Made by a program: the position numbers and the translations under genes
In this document: positions 27,762 to 37,005 of the stretch, piece by piece
How the letters are laid out: each line of letters begins with the position of its first letter
Numbering within the stretch: position 1 is the first letter of the stretch
NCBI GenBank assembly: GCA_964655055.1
Contig: CAZZLI010000003.1
Coordinates: forward strand, 2,381-66,380
Length of the DNA: 64,000 nt
Source: an uncultured Ferruginibacter sp.
GTDB taxonomy: Bacteria; Bacteroidota; Bacteroidia; Chitinophagales; Chitinophagaceae
Reading direction: 5' to 3'
Notes under the pieces: generated by a model
Databases searched by the model: none
Told to the model about the DNA's origin: nothing
The model's input: only the letters and a program-made list of their open reading frames with translations

Positions 27762-28550
27762 TTACAGACGGCCGCTATAAATCAGGGCAAGCATCAAAAG
27801 TCCCGCTAAAATCCGGTAAATACCCCAGATCCGGAACCCGTAACGCTGTACAAATCCAATGAAGAAGCGGATGGCCAGAACAGCAACCACGAAGGCTACC
27901 AGGTTGCCTACGGCGAGTAATTTTAATTCGGAGGAGGAGAAGCCGCCATAATCCTTCCAGTATTTGAGCATCTTGTATCCGGTGGCGGCCAGCATGGTGG
28001 GTACGGCAAGAAAAAACGAGAACTCGGCTGCGGCTTTACGGGTAAGTTGCTGCTGCATGCCGCCGATGATGGATGCTGCACTGCGGCTCACTCCGGGAAC
28101 GAGGGCAAGACATTGCCAGAAACCGATGGCCAGAGCCTTGGGTCCGGTTATTTTTTCATCATCATCAATATCACCTCCGGTAAACCACCGGTCGGCAAAC
28201 AGGAGAACAACGCCCCCAACCAGCAGGGTGATTGAAACGGTAAGGGCGCTTTCCAACAAATCATCGATTTTTTTGGCAAAGAAAAAACCCAGCAACAGCG
28301 CCGGCAATACGCCCAGGGCCAGTTTGAGGTAAAAATCGAAACGCCGGAAATCGGTGAATTTTTTCCAGTAAAGGACCACCACGGCAAGGATGGCCCCCAG
28401 CTGTATGGCCACGGTGAAGAGTTTTACAAAATCGGTATCGGGAAGCTGCAGCAACTTCTGGGTGATGATCATATGGCCTGTAGAGGAAACGGGAAGGAAT
28501 TCGGTCAGGCCTTCAACAATGGCAATGATAATGGCCTGCAGGGTTGTCAT
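27762..28550 (-). CDS. uppP: Undecaprenyl-diphosphate phosphatase
   Basis: VEGLTEFLPVSSTGH, IQLGAIL, PGVSRS, AAEFSFFLA.P. Confidence 0.96.
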   Translation of the reverse strand: MTTLQAIIIAIVEGLTEFLPVSSTGHMIITQKLLQLPDTDFVKLFTVAIQLGAILAVVVLYWKKFTDFRRFDFYLKLALGVLPALLLGFFFAKKIDDLLESALTVSITLLVGGVVLLFADRWFTGGDIDDDEKITGPKALAIGFWQCLALVPGVSRSAASIIGGMQQQLTRKAAAEFSFFLAVPTMLAATGYKMLKYWKDYGGFSSSELKLLAVGNLVAFVVAVLAIRFFIGFVQRYGFRIWGIYRILAGLLMLALIYSGRL

Positions 28551-28596
28551 ATGAAATGCTGGAGACAGTGAATAATTCGGGAAAAGGCAGGACGCA

Positions 28597-28875
28597 TCAG
28601 GCTTCCGACTGCGGCTTTCTCATGATGGCGAATACTTCCACCAGAAAGCCGGCAATGATCAGCAGCGGAGCGATGGTGATGCGGGTGGTGCTGTAGATTT
28701 CCGCATCGTTGAATTTTGCAGGATCGGCACTTTTACCGCCCACCATCAGAAAAAATCCCAGTGCAATCATCAGCGCACCCACACCCATCCAGAGGTAGTT
28801 GCTGCGGTCAAAAAGAGGGTTGCCTGATTGTTTTTTCATCTTTTGGGTTGCCAGTGCCGGTTCATTTTTTTTCAT
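28597..28875 (-). CDS. DUF3098 domain-containing membrane protein
   Basis: F...NY..M..G...I..GF.LM.G and RITIAP..I..G; conserved position between ftsX and uppP. Confidence 0.85.
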   Translation of the reverse strand: MKKNEPALATQKMKKQSGNPLFDRSNYLWMGVGALMIALGFFLMVGGKSADPAKFNDAEIYSTTRITIAPLLIIAGFLVEVFAIMRKPQSEA

Positions 28876-28899
28876 AAAAAGCAAAATTTGCAGATGCGA

Positions 28900-29781
28900 T
28901 CAATAGAGGTCGTCGAGTTTCATTTTCAGGTATTTCAATACAGAACGGCTGGTGCTCACATAGGAAATCACGATACCGAGCGTGACAATGCCGAAAATGA
29001 TCAGTAACATGTTGCGGCCATCGCGCAGCATCCTGAGCCAGGGCACAAAACTTTCGGCCAGCAGCATGAATCCGAACAGGGCTACAATGGCCAGGAGTGC
29101 GGCAATCACGCCGTTCAGGATTGCGCGCATGGTCAGCGGCCGCGAAATGAAGCTGCGCGTGGCCCCCACCATCTGCATCGTTTTGATGAGGAAGCGGTTG
29201 CTATACATGGCCAGCCGTATGGTATTGTCGATGGAAATGATCACAATCACCGACATGATGATGGCGAAAAGCAGGATAGCTGCGGCAATATAGCGGGTAT
29301 AGGAACTCACATAACCTACTGTTTCGGTAGGATACTGGAACTCGGACATTACGGTGGGAAACCCTTCTTCAAGCGAGGTCTTGAGCAGGGAAAGGCTATC
29401 GCTGTTCATATAATCGGCCTTCACAAAGAAATCGATGCTTTCGGGCAGGGGATTGTTGCTGATGAATTTTTTCCAGGAACTGTCGTTTTCCGCATTCCAC
29501 TTGGTTATGGCCTTCTCTTTGGTGACATATTCCACCGATTTCACATAGGGAAGCGCTGCAATGAAATTCTGTAGGGAGTCGATCCCTTTTTTGGGCGCCG
29601 AGGGCGAAACCCAGGCATGCACCTGTATGTTTTCACGGAACATTTCCCCAGATTTGCGGAGGTTGAGGAACAACCAGCCAACGATGCCGAACAGGAAAAG
29701 GACCAACGCAACCCCTACAATAGCATAGCCGTAGGAAGGTTTGCTGCGTTTGGCGGAAACAGATTTTCCGTATAAGGACAT
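28900..29781 (-). CDS. ftsX: Cell division permease FtsX
   Basis: SV.YVTKE.A, NPLP.S, I.NTIRLA.YS.RF.IKTMQ.VGAT..FI.RP. Confidence 0.9.
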   Translation of the reverse strand: MSLYGKSVSAKRSKPSYGYAIVGVALVLFLFGIVGWLFLNLRKSGEMFRENIQVHAWVSPSAPKKGIDSLQNFIAALPYVKSVEYVTKEKAITKWNAENDSSWKKFISNNPLPESIDFFVKADYMNSDSLSLLKTSLEEGFPTVMSEFQYPTETVGYVSSYTRYIAAAILLFAIIMSVIVIISIDNTIRLAMYSNRFLIKTMQMVGATRSFISRPLTMRAILNGVIAALLAIVALFGFMLLAESFVPWLRMLRDGRNMLLIIFGIVTLGIVISYVSTSRSVLKYLKMKLDDLY

Positions 29782-30013
29782 AGAGAATAATAATTATACA
29801 AAGCGGTCGCTGCATCAACTGCATCTTACAACCGGTAATAGCGCAAAGTAAATGATTTTTTATGGCTTTGACTTACTTTTACGGCTCCCGAAACTCCCCG
29901 AATACCCCTGATTATTTCCTTTTCCGGCAAATGCAGTTTTCCTAAGGAAAGTGTAATACCCGATAACAGGCTGGGGTTTACCCGGAGCAGTTGAATCATT
30001 AACAACAGGCAAA

Positions 30014-32932
30014 ATGGAATACCGCTTCAGCGAGATAGAACAGAAATGGCAGGAACACTGGAAGACCAACCGGACTTATGCCGTAACGCATGACCTTAAA
30101 AGGCCCAAATGTTATGTGCTCGACATGTTCCCCTACCCCAGCGGTGCCGGTTTGCATGTGGGCCATCCGCTGGGCTATATCGCCAGCGATATTTACAGCA
30201 GGTACAAGCGGCTGAAGGGATTCAATGTACTGCACCCGATGGGCTTCGACAGTTTCGGGTTGCCCGCTGAACAATACGCGCTGGAAACGGGAATGCATCC
30301 GGCCGTTACCACAAAACAGAATATCGAGACATTCAAAAAACAACTGGACCGCATCGGTTTCTGCTACGACTGGAGCCGAGAAATCCGAACCAGCGACCCC
30401 GGCTATTACCGCTGGACCCAGTGGATTTTCTTGGAACTCTTCAACAGTTATTTCGATACCCGCGCCGATGCGGCCCGCCCCGTTTCCGAACTGGTGAAGC
30501 GGTTCGAGGAAGAAGGCGGTTCCGTAATTATCGAAAGAAAAACCTTCCGCTTCAGTGCAACCGAATGGAACGCATTCGACAAAATGAGGCAAGAAGAGAT
30601 TCTGATGGAGTTCCGCCTGGCGTTCAGCAAGATTGGTGAAGTCAACTGGTGCGAGGCCCTGGGTACCGTACTGGCCAACGACGAAGTGGTCAACGGTTTA
30701 AGCGAGCGCGGCGGACATCCCGTTGTCAAAAAGAAGATGCGGCAATGGTTCCTGCGCATCACCGCCTATGCTGAACGCCTGCTGCGCGGACTGGAACAGG
30801 TCGATTTCAGCGAAAGCATGAAGGAAATGCAGCGCAACTGGATCGGCCGTTCGGAAGGTGCCGAAATCGATTTCAACCTTGACGGAAACGATCTGAAGAT
30901 AACGGTATTCACTACACGACCCGATACCGTCTTCGGTGTGGATTTCCTGGTGGCGGCACCCGAACTCGATTGGATTGAACAGATCACCACTTCCGGGCAA
31001 CAGGCTGCCGTGGCGGAATATGTGGCCTATGTGAAAAGCCGCAGCGATGTGGACCGCATGGCCGAGAAAAAAATCAGCGGTTGCTTTACCGGTTCCTATG
31101 CCCTTAACCCATTCAACGGAAAAAAGATCCCGGTATGGATCAGCGAATATGTGCTGGCCGGTTACGGTACGGGCGCCATCATGGCTGTACCCTGCGGCGA
31201 TGAACGCGATTTCCGTTTTGCACAACACTTCTCCATCCCCATCACCAACATCATCGGCGAACAGTTCAACGGAGAAAAGGCCAATCCCACAAAAGATGCC
31301 CTGCTTGAAAACAGCGGCAGGTTTTCGGGTATGCCCATGCGTGATGCCGCTGCGGCCATCATTGCACTTGCTGAACAGGAAGGCTTCGGCATCCACAGGA
31401 TCAACTACAAGATGCGCGATGCCGGTTTCAGCCGACAACGCTACTGGGGCGAACCCTTCCCCATCGTATGGCAACAACAGATCGCCCATCCGCTTCAGAA
31501 GGACGAATTGCCCCTTACCCTGCCGCATGTGGATACTTATGGTCCGGGCAAGGAAGGCGAAGGACCACTGGCCAATATCACCGAATGGATCAACATTGCT
31601 GAAGACGGCAAGCAACCCGCAGGCCGCAGGGAAAGTTCCACCATGCCGGGATATGCAGGCAGCAGCTGGTACTTTCTGCGGTTCATGGATCCGCATAACA
31701 ACACCTCATTTTGCGATCGTTCCGTCAGCGATTACTGGAATCAGGTTGATCTGTATGTCGGCGGAACTGAACATGCTGTGGGTCATTTGCTGTACAGCCG
31801 CATGTGGACCAAGGTATTGTTCGACCTCGGGCATATCGGCTTCGACGAGCCGTTCAAAAAACTGCTGAACCAGGGTATGATCCAGGGAAGCAGCCGCTTT
31901 GTGTACCGGCTCAATGGCGTGGAGGCCGTTGAAAGCCCGGGGCCTGTCTTCATCTCCGCAGGAATCTATGAAACGGGAAAAACTGAAATGCATGCTGACG
32001 AAAACTGGTGGACATGGCTGGGCAAAAAACTTCCTGCCGAAACCCTCAATACGCTCCGACCTACGGGGGCTGAAGTAAGCATTTCGCCCCTGCATGCCGA
32101 TGTTCGTTTTGTGGATGGCACCGAACTCGATCAACAGGCGTTCAGCAACTGGAAACCGGAAACAGCAAATGCCTGCTTTATCGGCGAAGACGGTCTGCGT
32201 TGCTCCGAAAAACAACAGGGGATGTACCGCTGCGGCGTTGAGGTGGAAAAAATGTCGAAGTCGAAGTACAATACCGTCAACCCCGACGATTTGTGCAACC
32301 GGTACGGCGCCGATACCTTCAGGATGTATGAAATGTTTCTGGGGCCCGTGGAACAAAGCAAGCCCTGGGACACGCAGGGCATCGAGGGCGTGCACCGTTT
32401 CCTGAAAAAACTGTGGCGCCTGTTTTACGACGAGAAAAAAGGTTTCATCGCCAACACAGATACTCCCACGGATGCCGAACTGAAAGTATTGCACCGAACC
32501 ATCCGAAAGATCGGGGAAGACACCGAGCGCTTCAGTTTCAATACCGCCGTGAGCGCCTTCATGATTTGTGTGAATGAACTGTCTGAACACAACTGTCATA
32601 AGAAGGATATCCTGCAATCGCTGCTGGTGCTGCTTGCTCCCTATGCACCGCATATCACCGAAGAGCTTTGGCAGCAGCTGGGCAACACCGGTTCGGTGCT
32701 TGATGCGGCTTTCCCGGAATATGACCCCAGGCTGCTTGTGGAAACCACGCGTACCTATCCGGTTTCTGTAAACGGGAAACTGCGGACCAATATCGACCTG
32801 CCTGCCGATACCAACCAGCAATCGGCTGAGGAACTGGTACTGCAAAACGAGGTGGTCCAAAAATGGCTGGAGGGTAAATCTCCCAAAAGGATCGTGTTTG
32901 TGAAAGACAAGATGATCAATCTGGTGGTTTGA
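30014..32932 (+). CDS. leuS: Leucine--tRNA ligase
   Basis: LDMFPYPSGAGLHVGH (HIGH), editing domain FTTRPDT/GTGAIMAVP, KMSKS. Confidence 0.98.
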   Translation: MEYRFSEIEQKWQEHWKTNRTYAVTHDLKRPKCYVLDMFPYPSGAGLHVGHPLGYIASDIYSRYKRLKGFNVLHPMGFDSFGLPAEQYALETGMHPAVTTKQNIETFKKQLDRIGFCYDWSREIRTSDPGYYRWTQWIFLELFNSYFDTRADAARPVSELVKRFEEEGGSVIIERKTFRFSATEWNAFDKMRQEEILMEFRLAFSKIGEVNWCEALGTVLANDEVVNGLSERGGHPVVKKKMRQWFLRITAYAERLLRGLEQVDFSESMKEMQRNWIGRSEGAEIDFNLDGNDLKITVFTTRPDTVFGVDFLVAAPELDWIEQITTSGQQAAVAEYVAYVKSRSDVDRMAEKKISGCFTGSYALNPFNGKKIPVWISEYVLAGYGTGAIMAVPCGDERDFRFAQHFSIPITNIIGEQFNGEKANPTKDALLENSGRFSGMPMRDAAAAIIALAEQEGFGIHRINYKMRDAGFSRQRYWGEPFPIVWQQQIAHPLQKDELPLTLPHVDTYGPGKEGEGPLANITEWINIAEDGKQPAGRRESSTMPGYAGSSWYFLRFMDPHNNTSFCDRSVSDYWNQVDLYVGGTEHAVGHLLYSRMWTKVLFDLGHIGFDEPFKKLLNQGMIQGSSRFVYRLNGVEAVESPGPVFISAGIYETGKTEMHADENWWTWLGKKLPAETLNTLRPTGAEVSISPLHADVRFVDGTELDQQAFSNWKPETANACFIGEDGLRCSEKQQGMYRCGVEVEKMSKSKYNTVNPDDLCNRYGADTFRMYEMFLGPVEQSKPWDTQGIEGVHRFLKKLWRLFYDEKKGFIANTDTPTDAELKVLHRTIRKIGEDTERFSFNTAVSAFMICVNELSEHNCHKKDILQSLLVLLAPYAPHITEELWQQLGNTGSVLDAAFPEYDPRLLVETTRTYPVSVNGKLRTNIDLPADTNQQSAEELVLQNEVVQKWLEGKSPKRIVFVKDKMINLVV

Positions 32933-33005
32933 TAACCAAAGGGCAGGTTGGCCTTTCTCTTGAACAAAAGTCGCCACAGGTTGTTATCCGAAGTATCTTC
33001 ATACC

Positions 33006-33524
33006 ATGGCACACGCATCAACAGAACTCATAACCGCACTCCGGGAAACGGCAGCTCGCCTGCGCAATGGTGCGCATTATGCCTGGGGACATCACGGAGC
33101 ATGCAACTGTGGCAATCTGCTTCAAACCATCACACCGTTTTCGGAAAGCGAACTCCGCCGGACCGCCCATCAATCAACGGGTGAATGGACCGAGCTCTTC
33201 GAATCCTATTGTCCCTCCACCGGTTCACCGCTTGACCTGATTGCCCGGCATCTTGAAGCAATCGGACTCACACCGACTGACATGCGGCATGTCGAATACC
33301 TTTCGGACCGGGCTGTACTGCAGCATCTCAAAGGCGGATTCCGCTGGCTGAAGCGCAATAAAAAAGAAGATGTGATAGATTATTTTGAAGCCTTTGCCGA
33401 TATGCTCGAAGAAAAAATGGCAGAGGCCTTACCATTTTCACTCGAAGCGCTGCTCACCTCATCAAACTCCGAAGTAGCGGCGAAAAAAAGGAATACCCAA
33501 GCACTCCCCGTGTTGCCGGATTGA
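33006..33524 (+). CDS. Hypothetical protein with His/Cys cluster
   Basis: Fills the leuS-dxs gap with host-like codon usage; YAWGHHGACNCG and YCP.TG motifs. Confidence 0.75.
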   Translation: MAHASTELITALRETAARLRNGAHYAWGHHGACNCGNLLQTITPFSESELRRTAHQSTGEWTELFESYCPSTGSPLDLIARHLEAIGLTPTDMRHVEYLSDRAVLQHLKGGFRWLKRNKKEDVIDYFEAFADMLEEKMAEALPFSLEALLTSSNSEVAAKKRNTQALPVLPD

Positions 33525-33621
33525 TTTCCTGAAACCCTTTCGACGAACTACATTCCACCCGATCGCTTATCCGGCGGGGTTACGGATAAAAAAATTACCT
33601 TTAACGCTGAAACACAGCATC

Positions 33622-35571
33622 ATGGAAATACGCCCCGGAGCCCTTCTGGCCCAGATCAACAGTCCGGCTGACCTGAAAAAGTTCAGCAAGGAACAGATGC
33701 ATCAGGTCTGCGACGAATTGCGGCAGTACATCATTGACATCGTCAGCGTTCACGGAGGCCATTTCGGGGCCAGCCTGGGTGTGGTGGAACTTACCGTTGC
33801 CCTGCATTTTGTGTACAATACCCCTTACGACCAGCTGGTCTGGGATGTGGGGCATCAGGCCTATGGCCATAAAATCCTGACCGGTAGGCGCGACCGCTTC
33901 ACCAGCAACAGGAAATACAACGGTCTAAGCGGATTCCCCAAAAGAAGTGAAAGCGAGTACGATACCTTCGGCGTTGGGCATTCTTCCACCTCCATCAGCG
34001 CGGCTCTGGGCATGGCCATGGCGGCAAAATTGAAGGGGGAAAAGAACCGCAAATCGATAGCCGTAATCGGCGACGGGGCCATGACCGCCGGACTTGCTTT
34101 CGAAGCGATGAACCATGCCGGTGTGGCCGACAGCGATCTGCTGATCATCCTCAACGACAATTGCATGAGCATCGATCCCAATGTGGGCGCGCTCAAGGAA
34201 TACCTGACCGATATTTCCACCTCACCTACCTACAACAAACTGAAAGACGAGGTATGGAACATGCTGGGCAAACTTCCGGTAGGAAAAAATTTCAGCCGCA
34301 GCATGGCGCATAAGCTCACGGAAGGCGTAAAGGGTGTGGTGAACAGCCGCTCGAATCTTTTTGAAGCGCTGAACCTGCGCTATTTCGGACCAATCGACGG
34401 CCACAACATTTCGAAACTGATCGACACGCTGGAAGACCTGAAAAAAATACCCGGACCCAAGATCCTGCATACGATCACGGTTAAAGGGAAGGGGTATAAA
34501 CTGGCCGAGGAAGACCAGACCAAATGGCATGCCCCCGGGCTGTTCGACAAGGTCACCGGAGAAATCCATAAGAAGACCTTTCCGGTTCCCCAGCCGCCCA
34601 AGTATCAGGATGTGTTCGGACATACCATCATCGAACTGGCCGAACAGAATGAAAAAATCATGGGCATCACCCCGGCCATGCCCAGCGGTTCTTCGCTGAA
34701 ATACATGATGGAGAAAATGCCCGACCGCGCGTTCGATGTGGGCATTTGCGAACAGCACGCCGTAACCCTCAGCGCCGGACTGGCCACCCAGGGTATGCGG
34801 GTATTCTGCAACATCTACTCCTCCTTCATGCAACGGGCTTACGACATGGTGGTGCATGATGTGGCCATACAAAAACTACCGGTCATCTTCTGCCTCGACC
34901 GGGCCGGTCTGGTAGGCGAAGATGGTCCCACCCATCACGGGTGTTACGATATCGCCTATATGCGCTGCATTCCCAACATGATTGTGAGCGCTCCCATGAA
35001 TGAAAAGGAGTTGCGCAACCTCATGTACACGGCACAGCTCGAAAAAAACAAACTGCCCTTTGTCATCCGTTATCCGCGTGGGGAAGGTGTCATGCCGGAA
35101 TGGAAAACCCCGTTCGAAGAAATTGAAATCGGCAAGGGCAGAAAAGTGAAAGATGGAGAAGGGCTGGCCGTATTGTCGTTCGGACATCCGGGCAATTTCG
35201 TTTCAGCCGCCCTGCGGGAACTTCAGGCTGAAGGATTGAATCCGGCTCATTATGACATGCGCTTCGCCAAACCGCTGGATGAAGCCCTGCTCCACGAACT
35301 CTGCGGCCGTTTCGAAAAGTTCATCACCGTGGAGGACGGTACCATACAGGGCGGATTTGGCAGCGCGGTTCTTGAATTCATGAGCCGGTACAATTATAAA
35401 ACCGACCTGCACATCATGGGCATCCCCGACCGGTTGGTTGAACACGGAACACCCAAACAATTGTATGAGGAAATCGGGCTGGATGCACCCGCCATCGCGC
35501 AACAAATCAGGGTTATGTTTAAAAAGAAGCAACCGGTATCCTCCGGTGTTACGGCATCAATTCAAGGATAA
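33622..35571 (+). CDS. dxs: 1-deoxy-D-xylulose-5-phosphate synthase
   Basis: GGHFGASLGVVEL, WDVGHQAY.HK, GDGAMTAG...E..N, NDN, DVGI.EQHA, DRAGLVGEDG.THHG, IRYPRG. Confidence 0.97.
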   Translation: MEIRPGALLAQINSPADLKKFSKEQMHQVCDELRQYIIDIVSVHGGHFGASLGVVELTVALHFVYNTPYDQLVWDVGHQAYGHKILTGRRDRFTSNRKYNGLSGFPKRSESEYDTFGVGHSSTSISAALGMAMAAKLKGEKNRKSIAVIGDGAMTAGLAFEAMNHAGVADSDLLIILNDNCMSIDPNVGALKEYLTDISTSPTYNKLKDEVWNMLGKLPVGKNFSRSMAHKLTEGVKGVVNSRSNLFEALNLRYFGPIDGHNISKLIDTLEDLKKIPGPKILHTITVKGKGYKLAEEDQTKWHAPGLFDKVTGEIHKKTFPVPQPPKYQDVFGHTIIELAEQNEKIMGITPAMPSGSSLKYMMEKMPDRAFDVGICEQHAVTLSAGLATQGMRVFCNIYSSFMQRAYDMVVHDVAIQKLPVIFCLDRAGLVGEDGPTHHGCYDIAYMRCIPNMIVSAPMNEKELRNLMYTAQLEKNKLPFVIRYPRGEGVMPEWKTPFEEIEIGKGRKVKDGEGLAVLSFGHPGNFVSAALRELQAEGLNPAHYDMRFAKPLDEALLHELCGRFEKFITVEDGTIQGGFGSAVLEFMSRYNYKTDLHIMGIPDRLVEHGTPKQLYEEIGLDAPAIAQQIRVMFKKKQPVSSGVTASIQG

Positions 35572-35585
35572 ATCCGAAAGAAGAA

Positions 35586-36341
35586 TCATGCTTTTACTGC
35601 CACAGAATGTACGGCAGCAGCAACTTCCCTGATGAGTGAGGGGTCTTTTTCAATGGCGTTACCTACAACAATCACATCGGCACCGTGGCGGCAGTTGAGG
35701 TAGGCTTTCTCCGGATCGGTGATGCCGCCGCCGACAATCAGTGGTACTTCTATGGATCGGGAAACTGCCCCGATCATGTGCTCCGAAATCGGTTTCTGCG
35801 CCCCGCTTCCCGCATCCATATAAATCAGTTTCATGCCCAGCATTTCTCCCGCCATGGCGGTACATACCGCAATCTCTTCCTTGTTGGCCGGAATGGGGCT
35901 GGCGTTTGAAATATAGGATACGGTTGTGGGCGCACCTCCGTCAACCACCATATACCCGGTGGGCATGATTTCCAATCCGCTTTTTTTCACCATCGGCGCC
36001 GAAATAACATGCTGGCCGATCAGCAGTTCGGGATTGCGGCCGCTGATCAGGGAAAGATAGAGCAGGGCATCGGCATAGCGGCTCAACTGGCCGGGACTTC
36101 CCGGAAACAGGATAACCGGAATGGTACAGGATTTTTTGATGAGCTGCACGCATTCATCGAGATAACTGGATACCACCAGGCTTCCGCCGACAAAGAAATA
36201 ATCGACACGGGCTTCTGCGGCAAGGGCTATGGTCGATTCCAGGCTGCTATCGTTGACCTTATCGGGATCGATAAGCACCACAAACGACTTTTTCCCTGCT
36301 TTTTTCCGGGATGCCAGTGAATGATATATCGCGTTAGCCAT
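35586..36341 (-). CDS. Geranylgeranylglyceryl/heptaprenylglyceryl phosphate synthase (group II, Bacteroidota type)
   Basis: LIDPDK, FFVGGS, ILFPG, SLISGRNP, YMDAGSGA, VGGGI, VVGN. Confidence 0.9.
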   Translation of the reverse strand: MANAIYHSLASRKKAGKKSFVVLIDPDKVNDSSLESTIALAAEARVDYFFVGGSLVVSSYLDECVQLIKKSCTIPVILFPGSPGQLSRYADALLYLSLISGRNPELLIGQHVISAPMVKKSGLEIMPTGYMVVDGGAPTTVSYISNASPIPANKEEIAVCTAMAGEMLGMKLIYMDAGSGAQKPISEHMIGAVSRSIEVPLIVGGGITDPEKAYLNCRHGADVIVVGNAIEKDPSLIREVAAAVHSVAVKA

Positions 36342-36573
36342 CAGTTGACGATACGGCTATGAACCTTGTCAGGCCATGCCTTTGAACAAAACATAAAGAT
36401 AATGAATCCGACCCTTCCTCAGATCCGGCCGCAAGATAATGCCAAAGCGCCTTGCTTCCACCAACGGAGTCCGAGGTTTCAGTCCGGGCTGTCTATTGGG
36501 GTTGATCTCTCACCCGACTGCCATCAGTTTCAACGGCTTGCGCCCGGCTTGGCCGATAATCGTAAATTCGTAT

Positions 36574-36975
36574 ATGGATATCAGCACTGAGATACAATTT
36601 CAGACGGCCCGCAGCGGGGGAAAGGGTGGGCAACATGTCAACAAGGTGGAAACCATGGTTATCGGCAGCTGGCGGGTGGATGACTCCGCATTCCTGAGTC
36701 AGGAAGAGAAGGAGCGGGTAAAAAAATTGCTGGCGGCAAGAATAAACGGCGAGGGATACCTGATGGTGCGTAGCCGGAAAGACAGGACCCAGCTGGGTAA
36801 CAAGGCGATAGTTGTACGCTTGATGAACGATCTTGTAATGAGGGCGCTGATTGTACCCAAAAACCGGAAAGCGACCCGTCCGGGAAAAGCTGCCCGGCAA
36901 CGGCGGATTGATGAGAAGAAAAAACAGGCCGAACGAAAACAAAACCGATCGCGGCATTCCTGGCAGCGGGATTAG
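36574..36975 (+). CDS. arfB: Alternative ribosome rescue peptidyl-tRNA hydrolase ArfB
   Basis: RSGGKGGQHVNKVET, R.Q..N and a basic C-terminal tail. Start moved to ATG 36574. Confidence 0.92.
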   Translation: MDISTEIQFQTARSGGKGGQHVNKVETMVIGSWRVDDSAFLSQEEKERVKKLLAARINGEGYLMVRSRKDRTQLGNKAIVVRLMNDLVMRALIVPKNRKATRPGKAARQRRIDEKKKQAERKQNRSRHSWQRD

Positions 36976-37005
36976 AGCGACCGGAAGTTGCAGCCCCGAT
37001 GCCAA

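Noticed and set aside
29782-30013. T-box or riboswitch upstream of leuS (also checked the dxs leader for a TPP riboswitch)
   Set aside because: No T-box or TPP consensus recognised.
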